From Thermoanaerobaculales bacterium (GTDB taxonomy: Bacteria; Acidobacteriota; Thermoanaerobaculia; Thermoanaerobaculales; Sulfomarinibacteraceae), in assembly GCA_029287235.1 (NCBI GenBank), contig JARFRM010000199.1:484-64483 (forward strand): a stretch of DNA of 64,000 nt. Direction: 5' to 3'. Numbering within the stretch: the stretch's first letter is position 1; each line of letters starts with the position of its first letter. The notes under the pieces are model-generated. The model was not told the origin of the DNA and ran no database searches. It saw nothing but the letters and a program-made list of their open reading frames with translations. Made by a program: the position numbers and the translations under genes. Of the stretch, positions 1 to 8,736 are shown piece by piece.

Positions 1-89
1 CGCGAGAAGGATCTGGCGAGAGGGATGTAGTCCCGAGCGACCGATGAGTTATATTCAGCCTGCCGAGATTCGCGCAGCACACGGCGGCG

Positions 90-515
90 GTGACGACGAG
101 CGAGGGGTTTGACATGAGCGATCGGTTGGTGTGGACGGCGGCGATTCTCGGAGCGGCGATCCTTGTGCTCGGATCATTCGGATGTGCATCATCCGGAGCC
201 GACGGCGACCCATGGACCACCCACTATGTCGGCTCACCCGACGACGTCTGGACGGCGATCCACATGGCGCTGATCGAGCTCGACTACGATATCGAGTCTG
301 AAAACCGCGAGGATGGCCTCGTCAAGGCCGTCCGCGACGGCGCATCCGACGGATCCGTCGAGATCCTCTCCATCGACCAGATCATGCGCAACGACGAGGT
401 CAAAGTCTATGTCCGCGCCGCTTCAGGAGAGGGCGAACCAACAATGACCATGGGTCAACAGGCAGCCATCGCCAAGGAGTTCCTCGCACTGCTCAACGGG
501 GTGCTCTACAAGTAA
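90..515 (+). CDS. hypothetical lipoprotein
   Basis: 141-aa ORF. The hydrophobic N-terminus ends in a lipobox-like LGSFGC. No family recognised. An internal Met at 114 is an alternative start. Confidence 0.5.
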   Translation: MTTSEGFDMSDRLVWTAAILGAAILVLGSFGCASSGADGDPWTTHYVGSPDDVWTAIHMALIELDYDIESENREDGLVKAVRDGASDGSVEILSIDQIMRNDEVKVYVRAASGEGEPTMTMGQQAAIAKEFLALLNGVLYK

Positions 516-562
516 ACCCGCCGTCGCGGGTCTCCCCGCAGCTGAGGGCTTCCCAACCTACG

Positions 563-1888
563 CTACTGGATGTAGCCCAGGCTCTTGAGCTGTTTGAGGG
601 TCTCGTCGTCGAGCTCGGCATCGGTGCGCAGCTCGGGATCGAGGGAGGTGGCGGTGATCATCTTGGACCACGCCTCGAGATCGCCGGTCAGCTTGGCAAG
701 CTTGTCCGCCTCACCACCAGCCAGATCTTCAAGCTCGAGGGGATCGGCGGCCGTGTTGTAGAGCTCCACAACGCCCTCATCACCGGTCACGACGGCCCTG
801 AATCCCGCCAGGGCGACGAATCGCTGACCCGCTCCATTCTGGCTCTCTCCGAATGCGATGTAGGGCGGCGTCGCGGTGCCACCGATGATCGGCAGTAGGC
901 TCGCCCCCTGGAGGCCGGCCGGCAGCTCGGCGCCGGACAGTTCGAGAAGCGTCGGCATGAGATCGACGATCTCGACGATTTTCCGATTGACGGAAGCTCC
1001 CCGACCACCCGGCAACCGAACCATCATGGGCACCCGGGTCACCGGTGCATAGAGAGTCTCGCCGAAGAGATCACCGTGCTCCTGGAGGGCGAAGCCGTTG
1101 GCGCCGACAACAACCAGGGTCGCCTTCTTGTCGAGACCGAGGGCCGTGAACTCATTCATGAAATCGCCGAGGAAGGCGTCGAGGAGCTGGGTCCGAGCGG
1201 CGTACCAGTCGCGAATCCGCTGCATCTCATCGTCGGAGAAGAGCAGGGGCTCTCCCCCATCACGCGACGCCAGAACCTCCATCACCCTCTCATTGTCGAC
1301 GGCGTTGTCAGGGCTGAGAAGTTGATTGATTTCGTCCAACGCGCTCGATCCCCAACCGGCGATGAGCAGGAGGAAGTTCTCGTTGGCGTGATCGACCATC
1401 CACGCCATTCCATCGACCCCGGGTTGTCCCACGACCTGGTAGGAATCGAAACCCTGGGCGAGACCGTAGTCGGATCCGCCCGGAGCTCCCTCGACAAATG
1501 CCGCGGTCGCTACGCCGGTTCCGCCGAGGGTCTCGGCCAGGGTCACGGCGTCCGCCTGGAGATGGTCACCCGGAGCCCGAAGCCCATTGGTGGTCGGGTA
1601 GAGTCCCGACAGGAGGGATGCGAGGGACGGCACCATCTCGGGCGCCTGGGCGAAGGCCCAGTCGAAGCGCACCGATTCCGCCGCCAGTGCGTCGAAGGCC
1701 GGCGTCGCCGCAGCTGAGCCATAGGCGCCCAGGGCATCGGCCCGGAGCCCGTCGATGGCGATGATCACCACCGGGTGGGGTCCGGACGGAAGACCGGCGT
1801 CCTTCTCTTCCACGGCGGACCCACCGCCACACGAGAGCAAGAGAACAACGGCGACGACCAGGAGCGACAGAACGGCTAGCTGTTTCAT
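563..1888 (-). CDS. sulfatase-like / alkaline-phosphatase-superfamily lipoprotein
   Basis: Signal peptide with LLLSCGGG lipobox. N-terminal VVIIAIDGLRADALGAYG metal-site block typical of the sulfatase family. The expected C/S-x-P-x-R motif reads M-V-P-S-L. Confidence 0.75.
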   Translation of the reverse strand: MKQLAVLSLLVVAVVLLLSCGGGSAVEEKDAGLPSGPHPVVIIAIDGLRADALGAYGSAAATPAFDALAAESVRFDWAFAQAPEMVPSLASLLSGLYPTTNGLRAPGDHLQADAVTLAETLGGTGVATAAFVEGAPGGSDYGLAQGFDSYQVVGQPGVDGMAWMVDHANENFLLLIAGWGSSALDEINQLLSPDNAVDNERVMEVLASRDGGEPLLFSDDEMQRIRDWYAARTQLLDAFLGDFMNEFTALGLDKKATLVVVGANGFALQEHGDLFGETLYAPVTRVPMMVRLPGGRGASVNRKIVEIVDLMPTLLELSGAELPAGLQGASLLPIIGGTATPPYIAFGESQNGAGQRFVALAGFRAVVTGDEGVVELYNTAADPLELEDLAGGEADKLAKLTGDLEAWSKMITATSLDPELRTDAELDDETLKQLKSLGYIQ

Positions 1889-1953
1889 CTTTGCAACGCC
1901 TCCAAAAACGCGTGGAGTCTACCACGCACCCGGTTCGCAGCGGCACCCACCAA

Positions 1954-2020
1954 ATGAACCGCGACGACGCAAAGGACGCGAAGGCGTCGCAGAATGGGGC
2001 ACGGTTCAACCCTGCGATGC
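1954..2020. repeat. copy 1 of dispersed repeat family (GAACCGC..ACGCAAAGGACGCGAAGG ... GGTTCAACCCTGCGAT)
   Basis: 25/29 identity by hand to the reverse complement of the arm at 11929-11959. The GGTTCAACCC(T/C)GCGAT tail is shared with 11953-11968. Lies in the divergent intergenic spacer. Confidence 0.6.
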
Positions 2021-2085
2021 CCGGGGTGGCAGCGGACAGGGTGATCCGGTACCATATCGCGATCCGCCACGGCGGAATTCCTCTC

Positions 2086-3309
2086 ATGGAGATACTTCGC
2101 ATGATTCGTTCGCTCACTACCCTGATTTCGCTTCTCACTCTCACCCTGGCCTGCGCCCCGGCGCCGCCGCCGCCCGACGCCCTCGACAACGGACTTCTCC
2201 TCGCCCTCGCGGTGCTCGAAAAGGACGCAAACGGCCGACCGGTGCCTCAGCCAGCCCAGCTCGGCATCCTCACGGACACCGGGGTCGGCTGGAGCTACAC
2301 GCCCGTCTCCGATCCCGAATCCAACGTTTTCCACAAAGCCATGGTCTATGAGCCGAGACCCGGTGAAGCGGGCATCCTGACCGCCGGCGGAACCGGTGCG
2401 TCCTTGAAGCTCCTGCGGAACGGGGCCGAACCGGAGATTCTCTGGCAGGCCGATTTCGGCGGCAAGCACAGCCGGATGCGCGATGTCGAAATCGCCGACA
2501 TCTTCGGTGACGGAACCCAGGCTCTTGCCGACGCCACCCACGACCAGGGCGTGGTCGCGGTGGTCACACCAACGGCTGACGGCTGGGAAGCCGTGGAGAT
2601 CGACAGCGAGCCGAACACATTCGTTCACGAGATCGAGGTCGGTGACCTCGACGGCGACGGCGTGGTGGAGATCTACGCCACACCGAGCCTGCCCAACAAG
2701 CTCGACGGCACCCCACAGCCCGGTTGGGTTGTCCGCTATGTCCCCGCCACCGGCGAAGGCCGCGTGGAGGTCGCCGATCTCGAAGATCGGCACGCCAAGG
2801 AAATCCTGGTGGACGACGTCGATGGCGACGGCACCGACGAGCTCTACGTCGCCATCGAGGCGGTGGCCGGTGGTCGGGTCGAGATCCGACGCTACGACGC
2901 CGACACCGATCCCGCCGAGGGTGCCCTCGTGGCAAGTCTCGAGGACAAGCTCTGCCGCTTCCTCACCTCCGGCGATGTGGACGGCGACGGCAACAAGGAG
3001 ATGGTGGCGGCCGCCCACAAGAGCGGGCTGTGGCTCCTCGAGCCCGGTCAAGACCCGAGCGCACCGTGGGCCATTACCTCCATCGATCGCAACTCCGGCG
3101 GTTTCGAGCACGCCGCGATCCTGACGGATCTCGATGACGACGGTATCGACGAGCTCTACGTCGCCAACGACAACGCCGGAGAGGTCAACCGTTATGTCTG
3201 GCGGGACGGCTCGCCGGTCAAGGAAAACCTGTACACTCACCCTGAGGGCCTCTCCGGCTTCACCTGGAACATCATGCCGGTGCCCGTGGAGCTGATTCCC
3301 GCTGGCTGA
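2086..3309 (+). CDS. FG-GAP/VCBS repeat lipoprotein
   Basis: Repeated GDLDGDGVVEIY, DDVDGDGTDELYVA, GDVDGDGNKEMV and TDLDDDGIDELYVAN motifs. Start moved to the Met at 2086, ahead of the signal peptide LLTLTLAC. The ORF upstream extension to 1891 runs through the repeat element. Confidence 0.75.
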   Translation: MEILRMIRSLTTLISLLTLTLACAPAPPPPDALDNGLLLALAVLEKDANGRPVPQPAQLGILTDTGVGWSYTPVSDPESNVFHKAMVYEPRPGEAGILTAGGTGASLKLLRNGAEPEILWQADFGGKHSRMRDVEIADIFGDGTQALADATHDQGVVAVVTPTADGWEAVEIDSEPNTFVHEIEVGDLDGDGVVEIYATPSLPNKLDGTPQPGWVVRYVPATGEGRVEVADLEDRHAKEILVDDVDGDGTDELYVAIEAVAGGRVEIRRYDADTDPAEGALVASLEDKLCRFLTSGDVDGDGNKEMVAAAHKSGLWLLEPGQDPSAPWAITSIDRNSGGFEHAAILTDLDDDGIDELYVANDNAGEVNRYVWRDGSPVKENLYTHPEGLSGFTWNIMPVPVELIPAG

Positions 3310-3341
3310 GGAAACCGGCCGCAGCGAAGAAAGGGAGTGAT

Positions 3342-4346
3342 ATGGCGCCGATCAGGTCCCGCGAGATCCATCTTGTCAACCGACCCGAAGGATCACCCGA
3401 ACCGAGTGACTTTGCCATCGTCGAAACGACCCTCGACGAGCCCGCCCGGGGTGAGGTTCAGGTCCGGAACCTCTGGCTCTCGGTTGACCCCTACATGCGG
3501 GGTCTGATGGGAACCACCCGGACCTATATCGACCCCTACCACCTGGGAGAAGCCATGACCGGCGGTGCCATCGGCACAGTCGAGGTCTCGAACCACCCCA
3601 AGCTCTCTGAGGGAGATCTCGTGCTCAGCAACCACGGCTGGCGCGACCGGTTTGTCGCCAACGGCGACGGGGTCCATCCCATCGATCCCAACCTCGCCCC
3701 GCCCCAGGCCTATCTCGGGGTCATGGGGATGCCAGGCTTCACCGCATGGCTCGGGATCCACGAGATCGCGCGTCTCGAGGCGGGCGAAGCGATCTTCATA
3801 TCCGGTGCGGCCGGTGCCGTCGGCTCGGTGGCCTGCCAGCTGGCTCGACGACTGGGCGCCAACGTCACCGGCAGCGCCGGGTCGGACGAGAAGGTCGCGT
3901 GGCTTGAAAACGAGGCCGGGATCGATGCCTTCAACTACCACAAGATCAAACACCTCTACCGTCAATTGGTGAAGCGTTGCCGGGACGGCTTCCACGTCTA
4001 TTACGACAACGTCGGGGGTGAGCACCTCGAGGCCGCGCTGATGAGCATGCGCAACCACGGCCGCGTCGTGCTCTGCGGGATGATCGGTCAGTACAACGCC
4101 GAGCATCCACCTGCCGGCCCGAGCTCGATCATCGTCGCCATCACCAAGCGGCTGACCATGCGGGGATTCATCGCCTTCGACCACGCCGAGCTCGAGCCCC
4201 GCTTCCAGGCCGAGATGGCCGGCCTCATCGCGAGCAACCAAATCCGCTGGACCGAGACCGTCTACGACGGCATCGAGAACACCCCGGCGGCCTTTTTGGG
4301 CCTCTTCAGCGGCGCCAACACCGGCAAGATGCTGGTCAGGTTGTAG
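3342..4346 (+). CDS. NADP-dependent oxidoreductase, medium-chain dehydrogenase family (YncB/CurA/PTGR1-like)
   Basis: N-terminal VRNLWLSVDPYMRGLM block and the GAAGAVGS nucleotide-binding loop. Confidence 0.85.
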   Translation: MAPIRSREIHLVNRPEGSPEPSDFAIVETTLDEPARGEVQVRNLWLSVDPYMRGLMGTTRTYIDPYHLGEAMTGGAIGTVEVSNHPKLSEGDLVLSNHGWRDRFVANGDGVHPIDPNLAPPQAYLGVMGMPGFTAWLGIHEIARLEAGEAIFISGAAGAVGSVACQLARRLGANVTGSAGSDEKVAWLENEAGIDAFNYHKIKHLYRQLVKRCRDGFHVYYDNVGGEHLEAALMSMRNHGRVVLCGMIGQYNAEHPPAGPSSIIVAITKRLTMRGFIAFDHAELEPRFQAEMAGLIASNQIRWTETVYDGIENTPAAFLGLFSGANTGKMLVRL

Positions 4347-4624
4347 CCCACCGACCGCGGGCAGGCTATCGGGCGCCACTTCCGTCGCGAGTCCGGTGCC
4401 CAGAGTCCGGGCGACGACCCCCTGGGGCTTCGTTGCATTTCCGGAAAATCCTTAAGATAGTGATTTGGCGGGAGGCTGCCCATGGGAAGAGTTTTTGCTG
4501 TGAGTCTTGTTCTCTCGGCGTCAGATTCTCCCTAGCCGGTGGTTCGACCGCGGCCAACCATGCACGACGGCATCATTCGCATCACTCGAGGCGATCCTCT
4601 ATCCGTGACGTCGGGAATCTACCG

Positions 4625-5155
4625 TCAGTGCTCGGCCTGATCCGCCATTCGGGAGAACTTGAGCGGCTGCTCGTCGCCTTCGACCGCGAGATACAGAAAC
4701 GGCCCATCGATGGACACGTCGTTGATCGAGCCCAGGACCCTGAGGAATCGGTCCTCCTGGTCCATTATCGCCTCGGGACACATCTTCTTCGTGCCAGCTA
4801 TCGGGCCGAGGCTCAACCGCCCATCCTCGAAGACGTAGCTCCCGGTATACCGGTTGCAACCGCCGTCGCCGAAGACCCGACCGTCGGCATCGAACTCGAT
4901 GGTGGTCTGAACCATGTCCATAACGCCCCGCCCGACGAGATCCTCGAGGAGCCAGGCGCCCAACAAACCCGAGGACTCCGGGGAATGTCCGACCGAGGCT
5001 TCCGCATTGACCGCTACCGGCGTGTCGACCTCCTCAACGGAAACCATCTGACCATCGCTCACCTGCTCCACCGGGGGATCCGAGGGAGCACACCCCACAC
5101 TGCCGAACACCGCGATCGTCAGAGGGAGAACGACGGTAAGAATGAAGGCCCGCAC
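4625..5155 (-). CDS. META-domain (HslJ-like) lipoprotein
   Basis: GTG start. Lipobox FGSVGC. GGCNRYTGSY motif characteristic of META domains. Confidence 0.7.
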   Translation of the reverse strand: MRAFILTVVLPLTIAVFGSVGCAPSDPPVEQVSDGQMVSVEEVDTPVAVNAEASVGHSPESSGLLGAWLLEDLVGRGVMDMVQTTIEFDADGRVFGDGGCNRYTGSYVFEDGRLSLGPIAGTKKMCPEAIMDQEDRFLRVLGSINDVSIDGPFLYLAVEGDEQPLKFSRMADQAEH

Positions 5156-5159
5156 GGCC

Positions 5160-5750
5160 TCAGCCGTTCCCCACGGTCACCGAAACACCCGAGAGACTCT
5201 GGGTCGTCACGGTGATGGCGATGGGCGGGTTTTTCTTCAGCGCCTTGACCATGATTTTCTGATCGCCTGTTCGATTCACCTTGTAGCGCTCATCGACGGC
5301 AAAATCGAGCTCTTTGACCAGATCGCTGGTGATGGCCTTTGGTTTGGCCTTGGCGAGTACGTTCACCCTGACTTTCGTCGCTTCCCCTCCCTCGGGATGA
5401 ACGACGAGTTCGATCACACCCTTGGCCTGGGCCTTGCCCGCGACCTTGATCAGCGTCTTCATGCGGTAGTTGATGGGAATTGCCGCCACAGGAGGTTCGG
5501 CTTCCTCAACGGGCTCGACCGCTGCAGGCTCAGCCGCCGCGGCAGGTTTTTCCGACTCGGCCGCGGCTGCAGGCGATTCGGGTTCGGCCGCAACGGCGGG
5601 CTCCTCCGCGGGCGGTTCGGGAACGGGAGTCGGTTCTTCCTGGGCCCCGGCGGGAATCGCCACAGCCAGAAAGACGACCAGCAGCGACATCAACAACTCG
5701 AGAGATTTCTTTTTGTCGGCTCTTGCAATGATCACGGTGGCCTCCATCAT
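5160..5750 (-). CDS. hypothetical secreted Pro/Ala/Glu-rich protein
   Basis: Start trimmed to Met 5750 because the longer ORF would overlap the valS 3' end. Has a TM/signal segment LLVVFLAVAIPAGA, then a low-complexity PEPPAEEP region and a Lys-rich C-terminal domain. Its stop lies 4 nt before the META gene start. Confidence 0.45.
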   Translation of the reverse strand: MMEATVIIARADKKKSLELLMSLLVVFLAVAIPAGAQEEPTPVPEPPAEEPAVAAEPESPAAAAESEKPAAAAEPAAVEPVEEAEPPVAAIPINYRMKTLIKVAGKAQAKGVIELVVHPEGGEATKVRVNVLAKAKPKAITSDLVKELDFAVDERYKVNRTGDQKIMVKALKKNPPIAITVTTQSLSGVSVTVGNG

Positions 5751-5871
5751 CAAGAAATGTGCTGATCGGAACCATAGCACGAGCCTCGGGCACCGACCCG
5801 AGGGCCCCCTTTTTTTGGGATGCCGAATATCGAAACCGGCAAGCCAAAGAACAAGGTTCGCCGGAGTTGAT

Positions 5872-8508
5872 TTACTCCGGCATCTCGTCGGCAAGCTCGA
5901 CGATGACCTCGAAACGCTGGCCCTCCAGGCCCATCCCATCGCTCACCGTCACGCCATCGGCAGCGACGTTCCCGGCGCGAAGCACATCCTCCAACACCGG
6001 AGAAAGCGCCTCGCGATGCCGCTCGGAACCGCGAATCTCAAGGTTTGAAACCAGCCACCGGAGGCTCTTCTGGGCCTTGGTCTTGGTCCCCCGAATGACC
6101 GTCAACACCTCCACCGCAGCCTGATAGGTCTCCTCGTGGTCGGGGTGCGGAACAGCCTCGACCTCGGCGATCACCGGCCAATCAGCCGTGTGAACGCTGG
6201 GACGACCGTCATCGGCAAAGCGCCACGACCAGACCTCTTCGGTCACGAACGGGACAAACGGGGCGAGCAGACGGAGAAACGCACCCAGGGTCCAACTCAG
6301 CGTAGCCAGGGCCGACCGACGACCCGGGGTGTCCTCCTCGGCATACGAACGGAGCTTGACCAGCTCGAGATAGTGATCGCAGAAGCTCCAGAAGCTGTCC
6401 TCGATGACCTGCAGCGCGGTGGCGTAGTCAAAGGAATCGAACGCCCGTGTGGCCTGGTCGATGACCGTCCGCATACGCTCAACCAGGGCCAGATCGAGGG
6501 GCTCGGTGATGCTCTCGACACCGGGATTGTCGCCGTCGCCCACCGCCGCTTCGAGCTGCATGAAGACGAATCGACTGGCGTTGAAGATTTTTGTCGACAG
6601 CCGTTTGCCAATCTTGAAGACGGCCGGATCGAAGGCCGTGTCGGTTCCGAGCCGCGCCCTCGCCGCCCAGTAGCGAACCGCATCGGAGGAGTACTCGACC
6701 AGGAGATCATCCGGGGTCACGACGTTGCCCTTGGATTTGGACATCTTCTTGCGGTCGGGGTCGAGGATCCAACCCGAGAGAACGACGTGATACCAAGGTA
6801 TCTCGCCCGAGTGCATCCACGCCTTGACGATGGTGTAGAACGCCCAGGTACGGATGATGTCATGCGCCTGGGGACGGATGTCCATGGGAAAGAGCTTCTT
6901 GTGGCGTTCGTCGTCGGTCCCCCAGTGGCTCTGGATCTGCGGCGTCAGCGACGACGTTGCCCATGTGTCCATGACATCCGGCTCGGCGGTGAAACCGCCC
7001 ACGGCATCGCGTTGATCGTCGGAGTAACCCGGCGGGGTGTCGGTGAGGGGATCTACCGGCAGGTTGCTCTTGTCGGCGTAGATGGGCTGCGCAAAGTCGG
7101 GCTCGCCATCCGCCCCCACCACATACCAGACCGGGAACGGAACACCGAAGTAGCGCTGACGCGAGATGCACCAATCCTGGTTGAGTCCATCGACCCAGTG
7201 GCTGTAACGGGTCTTCATGTGCGCCGGGTGCCACTGGATCTTGTCGCCCTGGGCGAGGAGTTCATCCTTGTGCTCGAGGACCCTGACGAACCACTGGCGG
7301 GTTGGTACGAACTCCAGGGCACGGTCGCCCTTCTCGTAGTACTTGACCATCTGATCGGTGGGTCTGGGATCGCCGACGAGGGCGACTCCGGTCCACCCGG
7401 GAAGACTTCCCGCTTCGGCGAGCAGCTCGGCGACTCTCTTTTTCGCCTTGCTGACGAAAAGCCCCGCGATCTCGTCGTGGGCCCGCTGCGCCGCGGCTGC
7501 GTCCACGCTCTCGAAAGGGGCCTCACCAAAATTCGCGGGTAAGACTCGGCCGTCGCGTCCGATGAGCTGTTTGAGCGCCAGACCCGAGGTCTTCCACCAC
7601 TCCACATCCATGGCGTCGCCGAAGGTGCAGACCATGAGAATGCCGGTGCCCTTCTCCGGGTCGGCGTGCTCCGCGGCGAGAATGGGGACCCGCGCGCCGT
7701 ACAGCGGGGTGACGGCGAACTTGCCGAAGAGCGGCTGGTAGCGTTCGTCATCGGGGTGGGCCACCACCGCGATGCAGGCGCCGAGCAGCTCGGGGCGGGT
7801 GGTGGCGATGAGCAGCTCCCCGCCGCCCTCGACCCCGAACCGGATGTCATAGAAGAGCCCCTGCCGGGGTCGATCCTCGACTTCGGCCTGGGCCACGGCG
7901 GTCTTGAAGTCGATGTCCCACATGGTCGGCGACTCGACGTTGTAAACCTCGCCACGCTCCACCAGATCAAGGAAACTCAGCTGCGAAATCCCGCGGCAGT
8001 GGTCATCGATGGTGGCGTACTGATCGGTCCAATCCAGGGAAAGACCGAGGTGACGCCAGAGGTGCTCGAAAGCCTTCTCGTCCTCGGCGGTGACGACCCC
8101 GCACGCCTCGATGAAGTTCCGTCGTGAGACCTCGTCGATGCTCTTGTCCTTCTTCCCCTTCTTCTCGGGTTTCCAGTTCGGATCGTACGGCAGCTTGGGG
8201 TCGCATCGGATCCCGAGCAGATTCTGCACCCGCCGCTCGGTGGGCAGACCGTTGTCGTCCCATCCCATGGGGTAGGCGATGTTCTTGCCGATCATCCGTT
8301 GGTAGCGAACGATCAGATCCTGGTGGGTGTAGCTGAAAACGTGGCCAACGTGGAGCGAGCCCGAAACCGTTGGAGGCGGAGTGTCGACGACGAAGGTCTG
8401 CTCGCGCGGGAGGGTCGGGTCCCATCGGTAGGTCGCCCACTCCTCCCACTTCCGTCGCCACTTGTCCTCGACCTCGTGGTGCTTGTACTTCGTGGGGATC
8501 TCGGCCAT
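5872..8508 (-). CDS. valS: valine--tRNA ligase
   Basis: Class I aaRS signatures SGSLHVGH and KMSKSKGN. PPPTVSGSLHVGHVFSYTHQD N-terminal block. Start set at Met MAEIPTKY (8508). Confidence 0.85.
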   Translation of the reverse strand: MAEIPTKYKHHEVEDKWRRKWEEWATYRWDPTLPREQTFVVDTPPPTVSGSLHVGHVFSYTHQDLIVRYQRMIGKNIAYPMGWDDNGLPTERRVQNLLGIRCDPKLPYDPNWKPEKKGKKDKSIDEVSRRNFIEACGVVTAEDEKAFEHLWRHLGLSLDWTDQYATIDDHCRGISQLSFLDLVERGEVYNVESPTMWDIDFKTAVAQAEVEDRPRQGLFYDIRFGVEGGGELLIATTRPELLGACIAVVAHPDDERYQPLFGKFAVTPLYGARVPILAAEHADPEKGTGILMVCTFGDAMDVEWWKTSGLALKQLIGRDGRVLPANFGEAPFESVDAAAAQRAHDEIAGLFVSKAKKRVAELLAEAGSLPGWTGVALVGDPRPTDQMVKYYEKGDRALEFVPTRQWFVRVLEHKDELLAQGDKIQWHPAHMKTRYSHWVDGLNQDWCISRQRYFGVPFPVWYVVGADGEPDFAQPIYADKSNLPVDPLTDTPPGYSDDQRDAVGGFTAEPDVMDTWATSSLTPQIQSHWGTDDERHKKLFPMDIRPQAHDIIRTWAFYTIVKAWMHSGEIPWYHVVLSGWILDPDRKKMSKSKGNVVTPDDLLVEYSSDAVRYWAARARLGTDTAFDPAVFKIGKRLSTKIFNASRFVFMQLEAAVGDGDNPGVESITEPLDLALVERMRTVIDQATRAFDSFDYATALQVIEDSFWSFCDHYLELVKLRSYAEEDTPGRRSALATLSWTLGAFLRLLAPFVPFVTEEVWSWRFADDGRPSVHTADWPVIAEVEAVPHPDHEETYQAAVEVLTVIRGTKTKAQKSLRWLVSNLEIRGSERHREALSPVLEDVLRAGNVAADGVTVSDGMGLEGQRFEVIVELADEMPE

Positions 8509-8736
8509 TCGCTCCTCCACCGACGCCGCGATCGCGCGTCCGTTGCAATGTCGGCGCATGATAGCAGAGGAGTCGGACGGCGACTCCAGAAAGGCGCGGG
8601 AGATTTTCGATCAGAAGTCTTGAATGCAAACCACATGCAGTAAGAGACTTAGACCGAAGAACCCGGACAACCTCCACCACCTCTTCCGAATCTCGAGCTT
8701 GACAACCGGGGTTCCTTGGGCTCTCCTGTGCATCCT

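Noticed and set aside
1885-3240. 451-aa minus-strand ORF.
   Set aside because: It is antisense to the FG-GAP repeat gene. The same reasoning rejects other long motif-free ORFs lying opposite recognised genes: 3393-4379, 6136-7542, 9892-10971, 18576-19901, 26538-27686, 28407-29480, 29679-30974, 33370-34467, 38558-39433, 48999-50153, 58421-59473 and 60319-61380.
8699-8727. TTGACA upstream of topA as a promoter.
   Set aside because: There is no acceptable -10 hexamer at 16-18 nt spacing, so it is not reported as a feature.
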